Source: Lepidodermella squamata (Eukaryota > Animalia > Gastrotricha). Taken from it: DNA of 64,000 nt. The position numbers were made by a program, and so were the translations under genes. Positions 50,201 through 63,031 of the stretch are shown here, in pieces. The first letter of the stretch is position 1. Each line of letters starts with the position of its first letter. The DNA lies in contig JBLDXI010000032.1 of the NCBI GenBank assembly GCA_047495785.1, positions 4,216,001-4,280,000 on the forward strand, written 5' to 3'. The notes beneath the pieces are model-generated. The model was given only the letters and a program-made list of their open reading frames with translations. It did no database searches and had not been told where the DNA came from.

Positions 50201-50988
50201 ACGATTGTCCCAACGGCGGTGACGAAGTCTCATGTCCTACGTCGTGCAGGGCCAATTCTTTCCAATGCAAAAGTGGCCAATGCGTTGCAAATCCGACAGA
50301 AATTATCTGCAATGGTAATCAGCCTTCTTTCGCGTTTTATCGACTAATACGATGATGATTCAGGGAAAGCTGATTGCCGCGATGGCAGCGACGAGGATGC
50401 AGCAACGACTTGCAAGGCGTGCACGACCGGGCTTCGGAGCCATCGATGCGGAAACGGGCAGTGCATATCGAAAAATTTGGTTTGCGATGGTGTGGCGCAT
50501 TGCGTTGATCGAAGCGACGAATCGAACTGCACAGCTTGCTCGCCTAGATCCTTCAACTGCGGCAACGGCACCTGCCTGCCGTATTCGAAAATTTGCGACG
50601 ACTGGGTCGACTGCCCCAATGGCGAGGATGAACGTTATTGCGGTATAGTTGATCATTGCAACCATAAGTTTAAGGTGATATCTCGCTCTTTTAGGCTGGT
50701 GTAAAAATGGTGGATATCGATGTCTGTTTTCACGACAATGTATACCCAGCGCGTTGGCCTGTGATGGCTACATGGATTGTACTGATTACAGTGACGAAAC
50801 TGACTGTGATCGCACATGCAAAGCTGGCACGGTCGGATGCGGTAGTTTCGACAGCGACTATTGCATCTTCAACAACATGCAATGCAACGGTAACTTGTAG
50901 CTTGAGTCCACCTTAATTTTTGCCGTAATACGCCCGTCTTCTAGGTTACAATGACTGCAGGTCTGGTATTGACGAGCAGCGCTGTTGA
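47254..50988 (+). CDS. Secreted protein of about 21 tandem LDL-receptor class A repeats (about 20 exons)
   Basis: ATG 47254 gives signal peptide [22 protein letters not shown]. Repeated F-x-C...C-I...C-[DN]-G-x-x-D-C-x-D-x-S-D-E-x-x-C units assemble across about 19 short introns. TGA (50986-50988) directly follows the last repeat (GIDEQRC). Confidence 0.85.
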
Positions 50989-51210
50989 ACATCCTTGATA
51001 AACCAAGGCAATGAAGTAAATGATTATCTATTTATGCTAATGGAAGGCTTTAAAAGCGTTTCATTAGAAATACAATTTGCTCTCTTACTAATCATTAAAT
51101 AACTGAGAGTTTCGCGATATTTTATTATCAAAGTTATTGTTTCCAACTTCGCTTTGGAGGTCAAAAATAAAGCTGCTAAAAACAGTGTGCCAATTATCGT
51201 TATCTACTAA

Positions 51211-53548
51211 TCATTTTGCCCCGGCAGCTTCGGCGCCAATCATAGGACCCGCGCGGTACAACGCATCAATCTTTTCCTTGAAAAATTTCCTCAACTCAGG
51301 CCGTTTGTTTTTCATCGTCGGCGTCAGTAGGCCGTTTTCGACGGTGAAAGGCTCCATCGCCAGGCCGATTGCTTTCACCTGTTCGAGCGAGTTCAGTTTG
51401 TTCTCCTTCCCAACAGCCGTCATTGCGTCGAGAATCGCCTTGACGAAGTCTGGCCGATTTGGCAGTTCAAGCAAGGAGATTCCTTTTTCAGCTGCATAGG
51501 CCGCCGCCATTGTGGGCTCAGGCACAACAATGCCAACAGTAAAAGACTAAAAATTCGAGACTTGAAATGTGTAATTAATTTAAAAAATTAGGCCTTACCT
51601 CGATGCTGTTACCATCGACAAAGACTTGAAGCACTTTCGGGCACATGGCATACACGTTTTCTATCTTCTCTGGAGCAATGTATTCGCCCTGAGCCAGCTT
51701 GAAAATGTTCTTCTTCCGATCGATAATTTTCAAAGCGCCGTCCTCAAGAAACTGCCCGATATCGCCGGTGTGGAGCCATCCCTCGGAGTCTAGCGCCTCT
51801 GCCGTTTTGTCCGGCTGCTTGTAGTACTGGACCATGACGTTTGCACCCTTAATACAGACCTCGCCCTTGCCCTCGCGAACGTAGTAACCACATTCAGGTA
51901 CGTCGGCCAGCTTCACGTAGTTGCAAGGTAATGGATGGCCAACATTTCCACCAAATGGACCGATAGCTACAGTTGAAGCGGCAGAGCTTTCAGTCTGACC
52001 GTAACCCTCCATAATCTAGGATGATTGCTGAATCTATGAAGTCGCTGCAGGATTTTGAATGAAACTTACCAGACAGCCGAAGACGACTCGGCAGAATTCG
52101 AGAACTTCATTCGAAACCGGAGCAGAGCCGACGGACATGAACCAAACTCGCCCACCGAGGGAAGCTTGAACCTTTTTGAAAACCAATGTGTCCCAAATCG
52201 AGCTGCGAGTTATAACGCCTCGCATCATAGCTTCTTTCTTCTTTTGGTACGCGAACCAGAACAATTTCGACTTGAACTTGCTTTTCTCAAGTTCTCCGAC
52301 GACTTTCGAGTATACTCGGTTCATCAAGCGAGGGACCACTAGAATTAGAAACATGAGATGCTGTTAGCCAATACAATTCTGAAATACTTACTTGGAACAA
52401 AAGTTGGTTTCAAAATAGTTGCATCCTCCATAAGTTTCATGACATTTCCACCGAAAAACCCAGTCGAGGCACCTTTGTACATGAACCACAGAACACAAAG
52501 AAGGCCATAAGCGTGAGCAAGGGGTAGATAATGAAGACCAACATCGCTGCTCGTGAATCTCAGCCCAGAGCCGTAGTCGGCCCAAAACAGGCTGTCGATG
52601 CCGACTACGTTAGACACAATCGCTCGATGCAAGTGAACCACGCCTTTCGGATCGCCAGTTGTCCCAGACGTGTACATGATGACAAAAATATCTTGAGGCT
52701 TCGGCAGATCGAAAATTTCAGAATCACTCTTAATTGATGAGCTCCTAGCACTGGTCGCGGGTGCTTCCTCGGCTTCGAACGCCTCATTGGCTGTGCCTTC
52801 ATTCGACGGCTTCACGTCAACGGCAGACACGAACTTCTCGAGTGATATCAGCCTGATGCCATTTGTCTGAGCTAGGGTCAGTAGATCAGCATCAGGCTCC
52901 GAGAATGAAATCACAGTCTTGAGAACAGGAGTTTGCTTCGCGTTCGAGATAATTCGCTTCGCTGCAGCAGCCGAGTCAATGAAAATCAGGGACATTTCAG
53001 TCTGATTGACGATGTAGGTACAGCTTTCCGCTCCGAGCGTATCGTAAAGAGGAACAATCACTAGAGATCGAGCAGTCAGGGCGAGGGCAGTGATTACCCA
53101 GTCAGGCTTAGTCTGAGAGTACACGCCAACTTTATCCTGACGATTAAGGCCGAAGGTCGATAGGGCGATGGCGAGGCGACGAACCCGATTTTCAACACTC
53201 CGATAGCTGTGCCATTTGTAGACATTGCCATCTCTCCAGCCTAAACAATTTCCGCCCGAGGATATTTTCGCACCGTGTTGAAAAAGCATCCAAACTGTGT
53301 TGATTTCAGGCTTTTGTCGCGGCGTGTCGATCAACTTGCTCTCGTAGGGCTTGCAGTAAATGTTGCATCGAACTCCGTGTTCTTTTTCGTAAGACCCCCA
53401 TAAATCATAGATCGTCGATTTATACTGCGGGGATTTATTGGATTTCAAGCACCCAGAGCAGCCTTTTGAGAATTAGAATTATATCGATTCGCAAGGCGTG
53501 TTTAGGATGAAATGAAATACCTGTTGTTTCGTCTGAGTTTCCGGCCAT
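51211..53548 (-). CDS. Long-chain fatty acyl-CoA synthetase (ACSL1/5/6-type)
   Basis: Intact YTSGTTGDPKG, YLPLAH, EGYGQTE, WLHTGDIG, IIDRKKNIFKLAQGEYIAPEKIE and NGLLTPTMKNKR motifs. First exon MAGNSDETT is spliced to GCSGCLKSNK. Confidence 0.92.
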
Positions 53549-54801
53549 TTTTTGAATGGCTTGGTAGACTAGCTTTTTGAATAAATGCTCTTCAAATAAC
53601 CATATAAATGACGCTTCTATCTGTTGTGCGAATGACATCGCACATCTCGCTCGAACTATAGAAAAAGAGTCGATTTATATATTATTCAGGTACACAGTAT
53701 AGGCTGTATATAAAACACAGTATAAAAACCTGTATAAATGGCAAGATCGATATATTATTGAGCCTTAGTTATGATGCTCATGCGAGAGTATAAAAAATTC
53801 ACTCTAGGCAATGGATTTCGGCTCGCGTGCGTGCAGTTTTTTTTGTATGAAGACTTGAATGGTGTAATCCATTCACGTTGTAAAGGGCTGACCGCTACGC
53901 ATGATTTCACGCATGAATATATACTGCAGAATATGAAAAGCGACAATGTTCTAGGTTAAAGTTAAAAATCACGTGCGGGGTTTAAAATCGATCAAAAGCT
54001 GCGCGATTTTTCTTTAAGGTGCATATTCTGCTGAAAGAAAGGATGTGTAATGAGCGAGAAATTATTCGCAGCAAGATAGAAATAGTGAATGTTCACACGT
54101 TAGATATATTTGAACGCCTGTCTGTCTGGAAGACGCTGCTGCTGCTGATGATGCTGCTATAGGCGTTCTCGGCCTCGCGCGATAAACAACAATAAACAAA
54201 TGGTGTACCCGCGTGGTGAATATAAGGCTCGAAGAATCCTCGCAGTCAACGCGATAACAAATTGAGTAGGGCCAGCCTTTCTCACTGTTTGATCAGCTCG
54301 CAATAAACATTTAGCTGCGGGCAGATGTATGCGTTCATTTATATAGCAACCACTCCATAGCTACCATTGTGTAACGCGAGCAGTAGAAACCTTCAGGTAG
54401 TATAACAGACGAGTTTTTTGCGGTGGGTTATCATTTTCCAACACACATCGGCGTAATAATATCCACGCAAAAAATCAAAAGGCCGAGTACAAAGTCCATC
54501 CTCCGGTAGTAGTAAAATGATATTTATCAAACACGTTTATCAAATATTTTTTTATTCGTGCAATCGTCATTCATCATTCAGAACAATAAGACGACTAAAA
54601 TGTGCCAGCTTTTTTTCCTCGATTCAATAATTTGATTTCTCCGGTCGACTTGCCCCGGCCAGTCAGAAAAGTCGCTACGCAGTACTAGAATTAAAACATT
54701 CACTTTACATATTACTAGCCTCGGTATGTATCGATGTCAATAAAGCAGCAGTTTTTAATGAATAAATTAACAGTCGTTGATATAATAAATTTTTAATAGT
54801 A

Positions 54802-54822
54802 AATAATAATAATAATAATAAT
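54802..54822. repeat. (AAT)n microsatellite
   Basis: About 7 AAT units in AT-rich non-coding DNA. Confidence 0.8.
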
Positions 54823-55159
54823 TTAATCTCATTTTCGAAATAAAGCTGTCAATCGCGCTATTTACACAGATGAGGAAGAACTTCGGCAGAAAAGATACTG
54901 GCAAGACTTTTTTTATAATTTCGGCGTGTCATTAAAAATGATGTTGGTCATCGCTGAGCTCATCGGCTGTAAAATGAGCATTTCATTGTGTTGTTTCCAT
55001 AATAAAAAGAAACGGAAATAAGCCGAGAACGCGCGAGATTTTTTTTAAGAAGCTGACACGTAAAAATAAGACACAGAAGTTTTACAAGTGACGTGTTGAA
55101 ACGGCTCGCTGAAACCGGGATGATGACAAGTTGCCTGGTGCGGCGGACTGCAACGGCGC

Positions 55160-57885
55160 TCAGCTGGTTTTCGGCGCCGGTGACATCGCCCCGGGCGACG
55201 CTATCCCAGTTCCATCGCCGCCGCCAACCATCGGCCCGGCTGCGTATAGAGCCGCGATCTGGTCTTTGAACGTCTTCCGCAATTCCGGCCGTTTGTTTTT
55301 CAGAGTTGGCGTAATAAGGCCGTTTTCCACCGAAAACGGCTCCATCGTCAGGCAAATTGATTTAACCTGCTCGAGCGAGTTCAGCTTATTCTCCTTCCCA
55401 ACCGCCAGTATCGCCTCGAGTATCAATTTGATGAAATCAGGATTTGAAGGCAAATCTTCGACCCTGACGCCTTTTTCTTTTGCCCAAGCTTCGGCCATTG
55501 TCGGCTCTGGGACGATAACGGCGACCGTGTACGACTCGAGGCTGCTGCCGTCGACGAACGACTGCATGACACGCGGGCACATGGCGTAGACGTTTTCGAT
55601 TTTCTCCGGCGCGATGTATTCACCCTGCGCCAGCTTGAAGATGTTCTTCTTCCGGTCGATGATTTTCAGCGAGCCGTCCGGCAGCCACATGCCAACATCG
55701 CCCGTGTGCAGCCACTTGTCTTCGTCAACGGCCTCTGCGGTTTTGTCCGGCTGGTTGTAATAGTATTGCATGACGTTCGGGCCTTTGACGCACACCTCGC
55801 CCTTGCCGTCTTTCACGAAATAACCGGCATCAGGCACGTCAGCCAGCTTGACGTGATTGCACGGCAACGGATGGCCGACATTGCCACCAACTGGTCCGAT
55901 GGCGAAGTTACAAACGGCAGCACATTCAGTCTGGCCGTAACCCTCGACGATCTATTAGAGAAAATTGATATTGATAAATCGACTGAGATGAGTCGGACTT
56001 ACGAATGCACCGAAGACGATACGCCACCATTCAAGGACCTCGGCGGCTACAGGCGCTGAACCGACTGTGATGAGCCACACCCGGCCGCCGAGGAAGGCCT
56101 GAATTTTCTTAAATATAAGCTTGTCCCAGAACGTAGTGCGGGTGATAACGCCATTAAAAAGCAGCGCTTTCTTCTTAGCATAACCCTTATTGAAAAGGGA
56201 CATTTTCAGGCCACTTTTCTGCAACTCGCCCATGACTCTCGAATAAACTCGGTTCATCAATCGCGGCACCACTGTAAGATACAAATTATTAAAATAGTTT
56301 GGAACAAAATTGGAGCTATAAGACTCACTTGGCATGTATGTCGGTTTCAGAATAGCCGCATCCTCCATGATCTTGAGCACATTGCCGCCGAAGAAGCCTA
56401 TCGACGCGCCTTTGTACATGAACCATGTAGTGACAACCATTCCGTAGGCATGTGCCATCGGCAAATAGTGCAAGCAGACGTCGTTTTTAGTGAACTGTAA
56501 ATTCGGGCCAAGGTCCTGCCTGAAGACATATTCGACGGCAATAACGTTTGACAACAACGCGCGATGCGAGTGAACGACGCCTTTCGGATCTCCGGTTGTT
56601 CCTGATGTGTACATGATAACGAAGATGTCATCTGGCGACGGCGGGTCGAACACCTCGGCATCGCTGGGTTCGGGTGATTTCGACGCCATGGGGATGCTCT
56701 GATTCGAAGCGCCTGCTGATTTTTCACCCTCGAACGCTGCGTTTTCCGCACCCTCCTTCACATCCGATTTCTTTTCGACAGTCGAGGTGAAAGCTTCAAC
56801 AGAAATAAGGTGGACGTGATGCGACTTGGCCTTGGCTATCAACTCGGCATCGGGCTCGACGAAACTAATGACAGTTTGAAGGCATGGCGTCTTTTCGGCG
56901 TTGTCAATAATGCGCTTCGCAGCCGCCGCCGAGTCGACGAAAATAGTCGACATTTCAACCTGGTTGATGATGTAATTGCAGCTTTCAGCGCCGAGTGTGT
57001 CATACAGCGGCACAATGGCGAGGCTGCGCGAAGTCACCGCAAACATAGTGATAACCCAGTCTGGCTTAGTTTGAGAATAAATTCCGACTTTTGCCTGGCG
57101 CTCAAGGTTCAAGGATTTGAGGGCGTTGGCCAGGCGACGAATGCGCCGGGCAACCTCGTCGTAGGAGTGCCATTTGTAAGCGTCGCCATCACGCCAGCCT
57201 AAGCAATTGCCCTTTGGCGAGATGGCATGACCGCTTTCGAAGGCAGCCCAAATTGTGTTCATATTGGGCGACTCTGGCGGAACTTCAACAAATTCGCCAT
57301 TTTTGCATATCGAGCTGCACCGCACCCCAGGGCTGATTTCATACGATGACCACTTTTCGTATAATGTGCCGGCTTTAGTCGGGCCGTCCAGTGCGGCTTC
57401 GGGCTTTTTCCGCTTGAAGCAGTGGCCCATTTGCGAGGCGAAACTCTGCTTTTTACGCGGCGGTGGCGCTTGCTCTTGTTGTGGCTGAGGCGAAGCCGCC
57501 GAAGTAGCAGGCTGAGGCGACGCCGCCGAAGTAGCCGGTTGAGGCGAAGCTGCGTGCTGGGGCGGCGGAGATTTAGCATCTGGTGGTGGTGGGCTAACTG
57601 GTTGCGGACTCGTTGGTGGTGGATTGGGTGGTGGCGAGTGGTGCTGAGCCGGCTCGGGTGAAGCTGGGTGCGAAACTTCAACTTTAACCTCATTCTCGTG
57701 GACGGGTTCGCCGATTGACTCGTGCACCTCTTCGCGCTTTTCTTCGGGCGAATCGGCCTAAATTTCAGAAAATCAAATAATTATAAAATCGAGAAAGGCG
57801 GTAGCGAATGCCAAATAAGTAATTATTAAGGCAATTATTTTGAGATTATGCCGCAAGCAATCAATTAAAATTGATGACTTACCAT
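55160..57885 (-). CDS. Long-chain fatty acyl-CoA synthetase paralog with Pro-rich N-terminal extension
   Basis: The same intact ACSL motifs as the neighbour and two shared intron positions. ATG 57885-57883 is immediately followed by a GTAAGT donor, and intron 57758-57882 joins it to ADSPEEKREEVHES. Confidence 0.92.
57483..57553 (-). repeat. 27-bp coding tandem repeat (AASPQPATS, about 2.6 copies)
   Basis: Unit ggctgaggcgaagccgccgaagtagca is repeated within the Pro-rich N-terminus. Confidence 0.8.
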
Positions 57886-60885
57886 ATTATCTGCGTTTGT
57901 CGATGACCTTCAACTCCGAAATCGGTAAGGCGGGATAATCACAGAGTTTAATCAAACAAAATGGAAAACAATCTATAACATAAAGTAAAAAATTTTACAG
58001 CTATCGGTATTTTCTTTTCGAAAAAAAGCGAGAAAATATTGGCGCTTTACCTACTTGGGTCGAGAGTTCTGCAAATTATTACTACGTTTGTGTTCTTAGC
58101 CGCACGCGCGCACACGCCACCTTTCAGGTAATGCAGAAGAACTCCTGTACAGCCTAGCATATAACGAAGAAAATCCCGCTGCCGTGCAGTTTTTTCTAGC
58201 TTGTAATATTAGTATGACCACCAGCAGCAGATTAACACATGTTGGTGACATTGACATGCTGAAATGTAACGTACCGGAGAAAAATACACGTCTCGGGCTA
58301 TTATCATTTTTACCACTGCTATAATATGCACCTGGTCGGTGTCGCGTGTGATATCTGACGCGTTACGCCTCGCGACCGTTATTTACGGGCTGGACACGGC
58401 GCCGCTGCGCTCGGTAAAACTCGCAGGTGATTCACTATGCGGTTTATTAACCCTAATAATTGCTACTCGTTGGGCGCGAAAAAAACGCCTCAATCAACAC
58501 GCCGGCGCACTTTTGTCCCCGCGCCCCATCGCAAGGGTCATCGGCAGTATTTTTCGAGCAAACATCTACTGGCGAGCTAAAAGCCGGACGAAGGTGTGAA
58601 GCGACTTGACGCTCGGGGTGCAGATTAGTTTTGGTTTAATAAAACAACGCGATGCGCTCGTGACTGAATTGCTACTATCAAACCGAGGGCACTCAGCGTG
58701 ATGATGATAATAAGAGAATAAATCTAAAACTCACAAAAACTTGTCTCTTTCTCTAAAATAATTACTTGGGCAAAGGATTGCGGTTACGTGTTGGGGCAAG
58801 TATTGAAAACAAGTTTTGTAAGTAATTAAAAATAAAGCTCAGTCATAATAGTTCCGGTTCCACCATCTCGCGGTGATGTGAATTCTCATGTCAGCAGAAA
58901 AATTGAGGAAAGAACCGCATAAATTATGGCGCGATAGCGATTGCTCGCCAGACGCCTTTTTGAATATGAGCTATTCTAAAAAATTCTGGCTCGCGCATGA
59001 TCTATCTTCGCGATAGAACGAATGAAAAAAAACCGCTCGTACTCTAATAAGCTGAAAACAAAAATAAAACAAATACGAAAGTATCAAGGAGAATGACGAA
59101 AAAACCCGATTCTCGAGACGACCGTTATGAAAGAAGCCACTTGGTCGTCGAGTCTAATGAAGTCTTGAATTAATCGTGAATACGTGTGCCGCGTAACGTG
59201 TATTATAAATAACTCATCGAAATACCTATATTAATAAAATAATAAAGGAAAGTAGCATGACGGTGCAGGAATTTCACGACACGGCAGCGGCGCAAGTTAA
59301 ACCGATTGTCTGTGGTGAAAGTGACTTGAAAGAAATATCATTGCTACCACCTATTAGCCGCGCAAAAACGCCGTCGCAAGTGACCATCGCGTTGTGGCGT
59401 CGCCGATGATGATAGTCGCAGAGATAAAGCGGTACAGGAATCCATGTATGGCGAGTAATTCCAACAGTAATAATGGTAATATTAGTGTAAACAGCTTCTT
59501 TTCGTCGTCGTCGTCGTCGCTTTCACTCATGCGATGCTTTTACGACTTGTTGTCGTTTAGGCAATACAACGGCTATATACAATAATTGTCATTCACAAAC
59601 AGCAGCGAGGGGTCGCAAGTCACTACTACGCACAGGCGTAATCGGCTAAAATAATGCCGCATGCCACGTTATAATACCCATAATACCATCCATCCATCCA
59701 TCCATACCTGGCCGCTGCCGTGTGCGTTTTTGTTTATTGCACAGGCCCTCTGTAACACACCGCTCGCTCGCTCGCTCGACCAGACGTCGCGCGGCGACAA
59801 CGATGGCGACAATAATAGAACGCACTTGCCGTGACCTCGCTTTTTATACGCGAGGCCGAAAATGACAGATTATAGCTAGCTGTGGCAAGCTGCGAGTTGC
59901 CGAGAGAGCGTGCCGTGATGAACAAGCGCGCTGAGTTACTCACCGGTGACGCTTTCCAGCAAATGTACTACGCGCTGAGCCTACCCGGTCGTTATATTTA
60001 CCTAACAAAAATACCATCACGGCAGCAGCGCGTTTTCTTATGGAGGTAGTGAAACGAGACCGCGAAAACAGTCATACTTGCCAAGTATTAGGCGCTGATG
60101 TTGTTGTGCGAGGAGCTACCTATAGTCGGTATTAGTAATCGTCTTATTACTCGAAGTAGCCGTGCGTGTCGGCGTGTGCCAGCGCTCTTTCTGCGTTACG
60201 CGCGGCAGGGATGTTAGCTAGCTACTCATTCACGATGAGGTACGAGAATTCTACACTCCGTGACAACTTAACACTGTTCACTTTCTAGCCTCCTTGACAG
60301 CAGCGCTCTGTGTTTATCTAAACAGTGACGAAAACAAAATGCGCTCTTTTAACATTGAAGAACGAAGAACATGATGTTTGAACTGAAAAACTTGAAGAAA
60401 AGCAGGTTCTTACCATTTTTACAGTTAGCAAGATTTTTGATAGCTTGCGATCGGGTAACTACAAAAATTATTCGGTTTCAAGTGATTTGATATTGATGAA
60501 TCAAAAGCAAAATCTTGGAAATTGTTCGAGCTCTGGCAGTTAAACTTCATCATTACCGAATCGGTGCAAATGTTCGAAAGTTCGGAAAATTGGTTGCGGG
60601 AAATATTTCCTAGGGTATAACCTGGAGAAGCTCAGACGATCGCATATTTTTGCCCAGGTAATACTGTTAGCGTACATCGAAACTAATTTTATTCAAGCAA
60701 TTAATGTGAATTTCGCCAAATATGAACTTCAATAGGCTGAAAGTTATAGACAAAAATCGATAATTTTCAACACGGACAATGTTTCTGACGCTATGCACTA
60801 CTCAAGAAAGAGCTCATAAAAAATTGATAATTTGCCGCTATTTTGAATTGAACTTTCATTTTTTGGACTTCTGCATATCAGCTTT

Positions 60886-61426
60886 ATGGGTTTATCTCAG
60901 CTCTCTGCCATGTTTCGAAGTTCTTTATTAGTCTTCGTATTGCCCTCTGTTTTGGCCTTACAGTGTTACACCGGGGTTGTTATGAATGACATTCGATTTC
61001 TGAAACCTATCCGAACTGAGCAAGTGGTATCCTCGGCAGCTACTGTCAAATGTTCCCAATGCGTTGTAAGTCGAATTGAAACAGCTTTTCAGATTAAAAA
61101 AATTGGGTATATTATTCGCAAAGATTCAATCTGACGTTCTATCTCGATATTGGACAATGACTTACTCATGTTCAACCGATTCTTCGACCTCATGTGTGGA
61201 GAGTGATTCAGTACCAACGGTCAGCTTCGATACAGCGAGTGGGTCTAACCGCTCCCGGACGTCATGTACGTGTTGCTCTGATATGTGCAACTCGCAATCC
61301 GAAGTTTGCGGTCACGCCAGCGCCTATACGAATCTCATGAACTCAGCAGCATATCTTGACTTGCGATTCCTACAATTCCTACAATTTTTCGTTTCCTACC
61401 TCTTATCGATGTTTATCACTTATTGA
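60886..61426 (+). CDS. Ly6/uPAR (three-finger) family protein, quiver/sleepless-like, probably GPI-anchored
   Basis: Signal peptide followed by LQCY; intron 61066-61123; C-x-C-C-S-D-M-C-N motif; NSA followed by a hydrophobic C-terminal tail. Confidence 0.75.
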
Positions 61427-61475
61427 TTGTTTTCGAAATGTCGCGATCATCCCAGTGTAGAAATTTTATTATTTT

Positions 61476-61925
61476 TCAAATTTTTTGAAACGAATCAGGC
61501 GCGGTTTTAACAGTAAAAACAATGTTTGGTGTATGATTTTGAGCTTTGCATTCAGGTCGCATTTGGCGTTTAATTGCCGACCAAACGACGCCTAGACTGA
61601 CAGTCGTTAAAACAATCATCAGTACTATTGAGCTGGTGACGATTGTCCCGATGAAGAGATCCAGAGTTAGCCCGACCGCGATTTCACTTGCACTGTTGCT
61701 TCTCGAGTGATATTGCAGCAAATCGCTCAGCCAGTGAAAATTTTCCAGTTGTCGCAGTTGTGCCCAGTTGGTTCGTAGTAAACACCAGAGAACGAACAAA
61801 GAGAAGCCAATTAAACACGATCCGCTGAGCAGCACCATCGCAACTATTATGTCTCGGAAAACCGACTTCGACCCTGCTGATCTTACAGATATCATGGTTA
61901 TTTTATCTGAAATTTTCAACGACAT
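61476..61925 (-). CDS. Putative small membrane protein with two hydrophobic segments, function unknown
   Basis: 149-aa ORF with two long hydrophobic stretches and no recognisable motif. The start is uncertain (ATG 61895, or an upstream exon via an acceptor near 61907). Confidence 0.45.
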   Translation of the reverse strand: MSLKISDKITMISVRSAGSKSVFRDIIVAMVLLSGSCLIGFSLFVLWCLLRTNWAQLRQLENFHWLSDLLQYHSRSNSASEIAVGLTLDLFIGTIVTSSIVLMIVLTTVSLGVVWSAIKRQMRPECKAQNHTPNIVFTVKTAPDSFQKI

Positions 61926-63031
61926 CTAAATAGTAGAAATAAATTGTCGAAAAATATGGCTGAAATACTTTTAGTTTATGAATTCTAAAATAAGAAAGGA
62001 AAACGAAAAGGAAAGAGGTGAAAACAAATTAATTTTCAAATTTATACTATCATTCATAGGCACGAATAAAAACTGTTGTGAATAAAGCGTGAGTGCTGAG
62101 GTATAGATGAGTCCCAGGGCCGGAAATGCGTGTCAGCGGGCATCATAGCATATTCGTCACGTAGTAGTAGTGCTATACGTGCAAAGCCTGAAAGCATAAA
62201 GATGCTTAAAAGCGGCGCAGAGCTGAGTTTACTATTACACGAAAATCACGCGAGTCATGAAATGAATTAGGTATAAAGTATACAAAATGCCCGCTGCGAG
62301 CATTAGCTAGTACTCTGCGGCAACAGCTAAAATCGATTTTTCAGAATTGCAAAATGGGGACAAGATCGATAGCGAGAATTTTCACCGGGCGTTTATATTG
62401 CTACATATTAAGGCAATTTCGTTATTATTTATCGCGTGTGTAAAGAATAAAGCGGCTGAGGTCTCAGGTCAGCTGCTACTTATGTGGCGAAAAGTAGCAG
62501 ACTCATCTCACATTTGTATTTGCCAGCGTGAAATTACTACTAGCTGTCTTTACTACACGCGGTTACAAGTGCAGCTGCAGAGCGCGCGCGTGATGAAGCA
62601 GTCCCAGAGCAAACAATCACGCGCTTCACTCTGCAGATAACACTATAAGAGTATACCTATGTCTATTATACGCCAGAGAATGTCACGAGTTCACGAGCAG
62701 TATGCAGTATGTATGTAGCAATAATTATTGAATAATCTTGAATAATTTGTCATCATTGATAACCATAAAATAATGGTATAACAATTTTTTTTCAAAATTT
62801 CGCAGATTTTAAAGGTGCTGACTTCGGAGATTTGATAAGATTGACAGCGTTAAAATTAAATGATAATATCCAAGCGCATATTTTTTCAATCAGCAGCAAA
62901 GGCTAATGGAGCGGCCCAAGAAAAATTGAATTGTCAGAGTCCTTTACGCCCGGCTTGGTTTCACCCATGTAAACATGAGTCGAAAAACATTTCAATAATA
63001 CAAATCGACGGAAAAACTCATCCGCATAAAA

